This document shows positions 17,954-24,675 of a stretch of DNA of 64,000 nt, piece by piece. The DNA is from Acidimicrobiales bacterium. Its GTDB lineage: Bacteria; Actinomycetota; Acidimicrobiia; Acidimicrobiales; AC-14. Location of the stretch: positions 5,441 to 69,440 of the forward strand of contig DATASA010000110.1 in the NCBI GenBank assembly GCA_036269435.1. The letters run 5' to 3'. Below the pieces are notes generated by a model. The model saw only the letters and a list, made by a program, of their open reading frames with translations. It was not told where the DNA came from and did no database searches. The position numbers and the translations under genes were made by a program. Position 1 is the stretch's first letter. Each line of letters opens with the position of its first letter.

Positions 17954-18745
17954 ATGGCCACCATTTCTCAGCCGCCGGGCGAATGGGCGGGCGCCGACCC
18001 CCGGTACCGGGGCTACCGGCCCACCCGCCGCGGCGTCCTCCTCGACCACCGCATCCGGGTCGCCATGAGCCTCGTCCGGCCGGGCAACGTTCGCCGGTTG
18101 CTCGACCTGGGCGCGGGCGACGCCTTCGTCACCGCCCGGTTCGGCGAGGCGGCCGGCGCCGCGCTGGCGGTGGCGGTCGATGTCGGCGAACCGGCCCCGC
18201 TCGCCCCCCTCGCCCGCCCCGTGGCCCGGGCCGCGGCCCGCCTGCCGGGACCGCTCCCCTTTCCGGACGGCTGCTTCGACGTCGTCGTCAGCCTGGAGAC
18301 GATCGAGCACCTGCTCGACCCGGACGAGCTGCTGTCGGAGGTCCGGCGGGTGCTGGCGCCCGGCGGGTACCTGCTGCTGTCCACCCCCCGCCTCGACTCG
18401 CTCCTGATCGTGGGGTCGCTGCTGCTGGGCGAGCAGCCGCCCGGCGTCGAGGCGTCGTCCCGACGACGGTACGGCAGCCGCTTCGGCGAGCACCGACCCT
18501 CGGGCCACGTCCACCTGTTCACCAAACGAGCGATGGTCGAGGCCATGGCCGCCAACGGGTTCGCGGTCGACGCCTACCGGGAGGGCCGGTTCAGCTCGAG
18601 CTGGTGGCAGGCCGTCCGCTCCGACCGGCGCCCCGGAGCGCGTGACCTGGCCATCGCCGCCGTCTTCGCCGTCTACGATCTCATTCCCGTGCGCAAGGAC
18701 GTGATGGTCCTGCGGGCCACGCCCGTCGAGACGGTGCCCCGATGA
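17954..18745 (+). CDS. Class I SAM-dependent methyltransferase
   Basis: 263 aa. Motif I LLDLGAGDA, FDVVVSLETIEHL, LAPGGYLLLSTP. Confidence 0.85.
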   Translation: MATISQPPGEWAGADPRYRGYRPTRRGVLLDHRIRVAMSLVRPGNVRRLLDLGAGDAFVTARFGEAAGAALAVAVDVGEPAPLAPLARPVARAAARLPGPLPFPDGCFDVVVSLETIEHLLDPDELLSEVRRVLAPGGYLLLSTPRLDSLLIVGSLLLGEQPPGVEASSRRRYGSRFGEHRPSGHVHLFTKRAMVEAMAANGFAVDAYREGRFSSSWWQAVRSDRRPGARDLAIAAVFAVYDLIPVRKDVMVLRATPVETVPR

Positions 18746-19581
18746 CCGACGACCACCTCGACTACCAGCGCACGTTCTACGACCAGCACTTCGCCAAGCG
18801 GGAGGCGGCGGTGCGCGAGCAGCTCGCCCACCCGCTGTTCCGGTCGTTCAACGACCGGGTCGCGGCCCGCGTTCTCGACGTCGGCCTGCCCGCCGGTCGA
18901 CCGGAGCGCACCGTGCGGATCTTCGAGCCGGGGTGCGGCGACGGGCTGCTGGGCTCCGCCCTGGGCCGGGCCGCCGCGTCGCGTGGCCTCGACCTGGCCT
19001 ACACCGGCTCGGACCTCAGCCAGGCCGCGCTGGAGCTCGCCGCCACCGTGGTCAGCGGCGACTTCCGCGTGGGCGACGGCACCCAGGTCCTGGACGCCCT
19101 CCCCCGCCACAGCCAGGACATCGTGGTGGCCAAGAACCTGCTCCACCACCTCGACGACCCTGCCGGCTTCCTGCGGGCCGCGGGCCGGGCCCTCGTGCCC
19201 GGCGGGCGGGTCATCGCCTTCGAGCCCCTCATCGGGTGCCCCCAGTTCCTGCTCTTCAACCTCCTGGCCGCCAAACGCGAGCGCCACTACTTCAAAGGCC
19301 AGCGCCGCAACCGGGCCGCGTTCGAACAGGCCGGCTTCGCCGGCGCCACCTGCGAGCGGTTCAGCTGGCTGCCCTACGAGCTGGCGTTCGTCATCCGCCC
19401 GAACGTGTTCCGCCGGCTGTTCTCGACCGAGAACCCGGCCACGATCCGCCGGGTCTCCGACCTGGACGACCGCCTCACCGCCAAGGTCCCATGGCTGGCC
19501 TGCTACGCGGTGTGGGTGGGCACCGCGGCCGAGGCGGCCGGCTCGGGTTCGGCCGGCATGAACGGCTCGAACAGGATGTAG
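18742..19581 (+). CDS. Class I SAM-dependent methyltransferase
   Basis: 279 aa; its ATG overlaps the upstream stop (ATGA 18742-18745). IFEPGCGDGLLG, DIVVAKNLLHHL, LVPGGRVIAFEP. Confidence 0.8.
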   Translation: MTDDHLDYQRTFYDQHFAKREAAVREQLAHPLFRSFNDRVAARVLDVGLPAGRPERTVRIFEPGCGDGLLGSALGRAAASRGLDLAYTGSDLSQAALELAATVVSGDFRVGDGTQVLDALPRHSQDIVVAKNLLHHLDDPAGFLRAAGRALVPGGRVIAFEPLIGCPQFLLFNLLAAKRERHYFKGQRRNRAAFEQAGFAGATCERFSWLPYELAFVIRPNVFRRLFSTENPATIRRVSDLDDRLTAKVPWLACYAVWVGTAAEAAGSGSAGMNGSNRM

Positions 19582-21440
19582 CGGTGGTGGGCCAGTGCCG
19601 GGGCGATGGCCCCCGGCATGTGGCGCTCCAGCAGGCCGATCCGGTAGACCCGCTCGTCGAGGTCGGGCTGGTCACCCTTCAGGAACGGCAGGATCGACCA
19701 GGCCCACACGCCCTCGCCGTCGCCCTCGCCCGTCCCGTCCGGGTTGGCCGCCGGCTCCTTGGAGCGACCGAGGGCGGCGCGCAAGACCTTGGCCAGCGGC
19801 ACCGACGTGTCCGGGAAGGGCGGGATGTCGAACAGGCCGGTGTCGACCGCCGTGTACCCGGCCCGTTCGGCCGCCGCCGTCGTCAGGCGGCTGTCGAGGG
19901 CGTCCTCGTTGAGCCGGTCGAACAGGTCCTTGTGCCAGAGCTTGGCCCGCATCTTCAGGAAGACGTTCTTGTTGGGCACGCAGCTCAGCACGCCGCGGCG
20001 CGCCCAGCGCGCCTGGGCGTCGAGCACCGCCGCCGGGTCGTCGAACCACCACAGGGCGGCGAAGCTGAAGACGAGGTCGTACTCGGCCGACAGCTTCTCG
20101 GGCCACGTCGCCGGGTCGGGGCCGGGCACCAGGTGGATCTCGGGATCGAGTCCCAGCTCCTGCCACAGCTTGCGGACGGCTTCGAGGCGCTCGGCGTCGA
20201 AGTCGAGCAGGCCGACCCGGATGCCCCGGCGGGCCAGGAACACCGCGTCCAGCCCGGGGATGCCCATCATCCCGAACGCCGGCGCGTGCAGCACGCTGGT
20301 CGAGCCCGTCCGGGCCATCGCCGCGTCCAGGACGTCGGCCAGCGCGAACCGCTCGTACACGGTGCCCAGTCCCTCGTCGTTGTCCTCGAAGTAGCCCCGC
20401 CAGTCGAACCCGAGCGCGGCGGCCTGGCCCTCGGGCGCGTCGGCCTCGAACCCGGGCACGGTGCGCTTCGGCTTGGCCTGGGCCTGGGCCGCGGCCAGCC
20501 AGGCCCCCGTGGCCCGCAGCCCGTCGTCGATGGCCACCTGCGGGCGCCAGCCCAGCTCGGCCTCGGCTCGGGCCCAGGAGTAGCAACGATCCCGGGTGGC
20601 GACGTCGACCCCATGGACGTTCAGCGGTGGCTCACCGCTCAGCCCGGCCAGGGACCACACAGCCTCCAGCCCCTTGGCCGCCGGCCGCAGGACCGCCGCC
20701 GGAAGGCCGAACGAGGGCGCACCCAAGCCCGCCCCTTCCGCCAGGCGCCCGAGGATCTGCTCCATCGGCGTGGCCTGGGCACCGCCGAACACGAAGATGC
20801 CGTCGCCCGCCGTCCCCAGCAGCCGCAGAGCATCCACCAGGTCGTCGACGTGCAGGAGGTGAATCCGGTTGCGGCCCGTGCCGGGGAAACGGCGCACGCC
20901 CTTCGACATCAGGCGCACGGCGCGGGCGAGCATGCCTTCGCCGTCGCCGGGCCCGTAGGTGATGGTGGGCCGGGCGATGACCGACGTGCCGTCGGGGCGG
21001 GCGGCGACGAGCTGCTCGGCGGCCAGCTTGGCCCGGCCGTAGGGGGACGCGGGCTGCGGCGGGGTGGCGTGGTCGGCCGGCCAGGGGCGGTCCCAGCCGT
21101 AGACCGAGGTCGAACTGACGTAGACCAGTCGGCTGTCGGCGGGGAGGACGCCGAGCAGCTTGGCCGTCCCGCCGAGGTGGGTCGAGTGCATCTCCGCGGC
21201 GGAGCCCCGGTAGCTCCCGGCCAGGTGGTACACGAGGTCGCAACCCTCGGCGGCCCGGCGCAGGCTGTCGTCGTCGCCCATGTCGGCCCGCACGATCTCC
21301 AGCGACGGGTCGGCGGCGCGCAGGCGCTCGGCGCCGGCGTCGGAGCGGGCCATGGCCCGCACGTCGGTGCCGGCCTCCCGCAGCGCGCCGACCAGTCGGG
21401 AACCGATGAAGCCGGTCGCCCCGGTGACGAGGACGGTCAC
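19503..21440 (-). CDS. Fusion protein: NAD-dependent epimerase/dehydratase (SDR) domain plus C-terminal methyltransferase-like Rossmann domain
   Basis: GTG 21440 overlaps the upstream stop (GTGA). VTVLVTGATGFIGSRLV, YGRAK catalytic pair. One uninterrupted frame continues into ~300 aa with LLDFDAERLEAVRKLW and YDLVFSFAALWWFDDP (methyltransferase-like strands). Confidence 0.75.
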   Translation of the reverse strand: MTVLVTGATGFIGSRLVGALREAGTDVRAMARSDAGAERLRAADPSLEIVRADMGDDDSLRRAAEGCDLVYHLAGSYRGSAAEMHSTHLGGTAKLLGVLPADSRLVYVSSTSVYGWDRPWPADHATPPQPASPYGRAKLAAEQLVAARPDGTSVIARPTITYGPGDGEGMLARAVRLMSKGVRRFPGTGRNRIHLLHVDDLVDALRLLGTAGDGIFVFGGAQATPMEQILGRLAEGAGLGAPSFGLPAAVLRPAAKGLEAVWSLAGLSGEPPLNVHGVDVATRDRCYSWARAEAELGWRPQVAIDDGLRATGAWLAAAQAQAKPKRTVPGFEADAPEGQAAALGFDWRGYFEDNDEGLGTVYERFALADVLDAAMARTGSTSVLHAPAFGMMGIPGLDAVFLARRGIRVGLLDFDAERLEAVRKLWQELGLDPEIHLVPGPDPATWPEKLSAEYDLVFSFAALWWFDDPAAVLDAQARWARRGVLSCVPNKNVFLKMRAKLWHKDLFDRLNEDALDSRLTTAAAERAGYTAVDTGLFDIPPFPDTSVPLAKVLRAALGRSKEPAANPDGTGEGDGEGVWAWSILPFLKGDQPDLDERVYRIGLLERHMPGAIAPALAHHRYILFEPFMPAEPEPAASAAVPTHTA

Positions 21441-22627
21441 GAGCGGGCGTTCACGGCCGTCGCCACCTGGTTGTGCGTGATCGCGTGGGCCGACTGGGCG
21501 GCCAGCGGCTTGGGCTTGCGGACCATGCCGGCGGCGATGCGGGTGGCCGCTCCCGGGTCGACCAGCAGGTTCGTGTATGCGGCGTTGGCCAGCGGGCAGG
21601 CGCAGTGGCGCTCGCGCATCCAGGTCCGGAACTCCTCCGCCTCCGGCGAGAACCAGACCGTCGGGAAGTCGAAGTCGGCGTCGCGCAGGTTCCCGAACGA
21701 GCGGGCCAGCACGCAGCAGGACCAGACGTCGCCCTCGGCGCCGACGTGGACGGACAGGAACCCGGCATGGCACACGGGCATCGCTTCCGTCTCGCCCTCC
21801 AGGAAGCGGGTGACCCGGCCGTAGTACTCGTTGCGGACCGAGCGGGCGGCCCGGGCGACCATGCCGTTCGCCGCGTCCTCGGCGTCGAGCACGGCGGCCG
21901 CGGCGACCCGGAACTGCCGGGCCTTCGGGCTGATGCCGGTGTCGATCGTCTGCAGCTCGACCCGCTCCTCGGCCGGCTCGGCGATGTAGGAGTCGGCGCC
22001 CAGCTTGGTCAGGTTCTGGGCGATGGCCGGGAAGTCGTCCTCGTTCTCGCTCGACACGACCGTGTGGACGCCGACGGTCAGGTTCGGCAGGTCGAGGGCC
22101 CGCAGGCCGGCCAGCGTGCGCATCATGCGGGGCCAGGACCCGGGCGCCCCTCGGATGGTGTCGTGCCGCTCGGGGACGTGGTGGTCGATCGACAGGTTGA
22201 TCACGAGCTGGGTGCCGGGCGCCTCTTCGCAGATGCGCTTGACGCCGGCGACCACCCGCTTGGTGAACCAGCCGTTGGTCGGGATGTTGACGATGGCGGG
22301 CTGGCAGGTCTCGATGGCGCTGAGGATGATGTCCGGCAGGTCGCCCCGCAGGAACGGCTCACCGCCGCTGAACGTCATCCAGACCGGCGACCGCCCCAGC
22401 GACCGGAACACCTGGGCCCACTCGTCCGCCTCGAGCTCCTTGACCTTGCGGTCGTAGACGTTGCAGGTCTGGCAGCGGAAATTACACCTGAAATTGGTAC
22501 TGATCGTGACGTTGACGGGCAGCAGGCGGGGCCAGCCGTGGGCCCTCCAGGAGCTCGCCGCGGCCAGCGAGTACCCCGTCTGTGTCAAGCGGCGGAGCCT
22601 TGGTGCTCGCGACCATGTCCCAGACAT
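21437..22627 (-). CDS. Radical SAM enzyme with C-terminal SPASM/twitch-like Cys-rich domain
   Basis: CNFRCQTC (CxxxCxxC), FSGGEPFL, C-terminal CHAGFLSVHVGAEGDVWSCC...FGNL...CAC. The start is uncertain because the first codons overlap the GT2 gene end. Confidence 0.8.
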   Translation of the reverse strand: MSGTWSRAPRLRRLTQTGYSLAAASSWRAHGWPRLLPVNVTISTNFRCNFRCQTCNVYDRKVKELEADEWAQVFRSLGRSPVWMTFSGGEPFLRGDLPDIILSAIETCQPAIVNIPTNGWFTKRVVAGVKRICEEAPGTQLVINLSIDHHVPERHDTIRGAPGSWPRMMRTLAGLRALDLPNLTVGVHTVVSSENEDDFPAIAQNLTKLGADSYIAEPAEERVELQTIDTGISPKARQFRVAAAAVLDAEDAANGMVARAARSVRNEYYGRVTRFLEGETEAMPVCHAGFLSVHVGAEGDVWSCCVLARSFGNLRDADFDFPTVWFSPEAEEFRTWMRERHCACPLANAAYTNLLVDPGAATRIAAGMVRKPKPLAAQSAHAITHNQVATAVNARS

Positions 22628-23627
22628 GGTTCTCCCTTCCCTGCATGTAGTCGAGACGAGCTCTGGCCCGGGCGTACGCCTCCATGGCCACAGCTCCTGC
22701 CGTCCATGCTAGGCGACGGGGTGAGGTTCCCTCCGGCTCGGTCCGCACGTCGTTCCAGATCTCCAGCACCAGCAGCGTCGGGCGCAGGCTGGGGACGGTG
22801 TACTGCTGGCGGTACCGCAGCCACAGGTGGCCGGCGTGGATCTGGCGTCGCTGCTTGAGGAAGTCCTTCTTGCTGTTCGGGCCCCGGTTCGAGACGACCG
22901 CCTGGGGGACGTAGGCCGAGCGCCACCCGGTGGTCTCCAGCAGAGCCTGGAAACACGCCTCGTCCACCGACGTGCGGGGAAGGGTGACGATGGCCTCCGT
23001 GCGCAGCGCGAGCATCTCGCCGAGCTTGGGCTGGTGCAGTGCCAGCCGGTGGTGCAACCGCCACATGAGGTGGACAGCGTGGCCGATGGCCGAGTCGGGG
23101 GGGTTGACCGGCACCGGCCGGCCACCGGCCAGGCCGACCCCCGGTGCCCGCAGGGCCTTGACCAGGTGCGCCATGGCGCCGGGCTCGGGAAGGACGTCGC
23201 CCGAGACGATGACGGCGAACGGCAGCGTCACCTCGCCCAAGCCGAAGTTCACCGCCGCGGCCTTGCCGGACCGCTCCGCCTCGACGTAGAGCCGGACCCT
23301 CCCGCCGGACCGCTCGGCGACCTCCAGCACGGTGGGCACCGTCTCGTCGTCGCACGCGCTGGCGACGACCAGGACCTCGCCGACCTCCGGCTCGTCGAGG
23401 AGGCGGGCGAGCAGGACGCCGATGTTCGGCCCGTCGTTGTGGGTCGGCACCACGACGGAGGCCACGCCCGGGCTGTCGATCTGGGGCGCCGGGCGGGTCG
23501 CTCCCTGGGGGCCGACCAGCACGGCGACGGCGGTGTCGTGCTCGGTGACGGGTTCGAGGAGCCGGCGGCGCGTCGAGTACCTGGACGCCCAGTCGACGCC
23601 GCGACGCAACCCTGAACCGGACATCAC
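22482..23627 (-). CDS. GT2-family glycosyltransferase
   Basis: 381 aa: SVVVPTHNDGPNI, GKAAAVNFGL, VIVSGDVLPEP, FLKQRRQIHAGHLW (QxxRW-like position). Confidence 0.8.
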   Translation of the reverse strand: MMSGSGLRRGVDWASRYSTRRRLLEPVTEHDTAVAVLVGPQGATRPAPQIDSPGVASVVVPTHNDGPNIGVLLARLLDEPEVGEVLVVASACDDETVPTVLEVAERSGGRVRLYVEAERSGKAAAVNFGLGEVTLPFAVIVSGDVLPEPGAMAHLVKALRAPGVGLAGGRPVPVNPPDSAIGHAVHLMWRLHHRLALHQPKLGEMLALRTEAIVTLPRTSVDEACFQALLETTGWRSAYVPQAVVSNRGPNSKKDFLKQRRQIHAGHLWLRYRQQYTVPSLRPTLLVLEIWNDVRTEPEGTSPRRLAWTAGAVAMEAYARARARLDYMQGRENHVWDMVASTKAPPLDTDGVLAGRGELLEGPRLAPPAARQRHDQYQFQV

Positions 23628-23731
23628 ACCCGCTTCCCCCGGTGACAGTAGGTGCGGGGAGCATAGTCTGTGGGCGACCGACCGCTCCGGCCGAGTCTCC
23701 GGACGACCCGGACCCCTGGATCAAGGACCTC

Positions 23732-24025
23732 GTGCGCCCTCGCCTCCTCCCCCTCTGCATCGTGCTGCTCGGCGTGCTCCTCCTGGGCGGCGCAGGCGTG
23801 GCGGGAGCGGCGCCGGCGGCGACCCCGCAGAACCGCAGCGCCCAGGTCACGTCCTCCACCCTCGTGGTCGACCGGACGCCCGTCGCCCCCGCCACTCCCC
23901 CGGCGCACTCGCACCTGTGGGTCGGGCTCGTCATCGGCGTCTTCGGCGCCCTCGGACTGGTGTGGTCCCGGGCGTTCCGCCCTCTGGACCGGTCCGAGGA
24001 CGCCCCCGGGCGGTCGACCCGGTGA
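23732..24025 (+). CDS. Small membrane-anchored Thr/Pro/Ala-rich protein
   Basis: Track ORF 23642..24025. GTG 23732 has AAGGA 6-10 nt upstream. N-terminal hydrophobic segment LLPLCIVLLGVLLLGGAGVAGA, C-terminal TM WVGLVIGVFGALGLVW followed by a basic tail. Its stop overlaps the next start (GTGA 24022-24025). Confidence 0.55.
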   Translation: MRPRLLPLCIVLLGVLLLGGAGVAGAAPAATPQNRSAQVTSSTLVVDRTPVAPATPPAHSHLWVGLVIGVFGALGLVWSRAFRPLDRSEDAPGRSTR

Positions 24026-24675
24026 GCGCCTCAGCGGCCATCCGTCCCGACACCCCCCTGAACCCCTGGCTCGAGGACCGGCTGTGGAAGCTCGGCGCCG
24101 ACGGGCCCGTGCTCGACGTGGGCTGCGGCCGCGGCTACTGGCTGGAGCGTATCGGCGGCGCCGGCCTCGCCGTCGTCGGGGTCGAGCCCGATGTGCAACG
24201 GGCGCGGCTCGGGGCCGCGTTCGCGCCCGTCGCCGCCGGCGACGGCACCCGTCTCCCGCTCGCCTCGAGCACCCTCGGGCTGGTGTGGTGCATCCACGTC
24301 CTGCACCACCTCCCGGATCCGGCCGCGGCCCTGGCCGAGTTCAGGCGGGTGCTTCGCCCGGGCGGGCACCTGATCCTGGCCGAGACGGTCGACGACAACC
24401 CGATCGTGCGCATCGGCCGGCGCATCCACCCCGAGTGGGACGGCGTCCACATCCACTCACGCTTCACCGGGGCGACGCTGCTCGGGCTGGTCGCCGGAGC
24501 CGGGTTCGACGTGGTCGACCGTCGCCAGCACAGCCTCGTCTCGTTCGCGGCCTGGGGGCTGCCCGCCGGCGGCCGCCGTGCCTGGAACGCGCTGGCGCGC
24601 GTCGAGGGGCTGCTTCCGGCGTCGACCAGCCGGTGGGGCGCCCACGTCGAGTGCGTCGCCAGGGCGGCCGGCTGA
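24022..24675 (+). CDS. Class I SAM-dependent methyltransferase (type 11-like)
   Basis: In-frame GTG 24022 in track ORF 23332..24675. VLDVGCGRGYW, LVWCIHVLHHL, LRPGGHLILAE. Confidence 0.82.
   Translation: MSASAAIRPDTPLNPWLEDRLWKLGADGPVLDVGCGRGYWLERIGGAGLAVVGVEPDVQRARLGAAFAPVAAGDGTRLPLASSTLGLVWCIHVLHHLPDPAAALAEFRRVLRPGGHLILAETVDDNPIVRIGRRIHPEWDGVHIHSRFTGATLLGLVAGAGFDVVDRRQHSLVSFAAWGLPAGGRRAWNALARVEGLLPASTSRWGAHVECVARAAG

Noticed and set aside
19503-23627. Hopanoid side-chain cluster (HpnI GT2 / HpnH-HpnJ radical SAM / HpnA SDR-like) interpretation
   Set aside because: The gene types superficially match, but there is no squalene-hopene cyclase, squalene synthase or HpnK/HpnG-type gene in the window. 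The surrounding genes are polysaccharide-type. Orthology cannot be supported without searches.
21437-24025. RiPP (SPASM radical SAM maturase plus small precursor peptide) interpretation
   Set aside because: The only nearby small ORF (23732-24025) has signal-like and TM segments rather than a leader/core peptide with Cys- or Gly-rich motifs. No peptidase or RiPP-type exporter is adjacent. The glycan context is the simpler explanation. It is kept only as an alternative to test.
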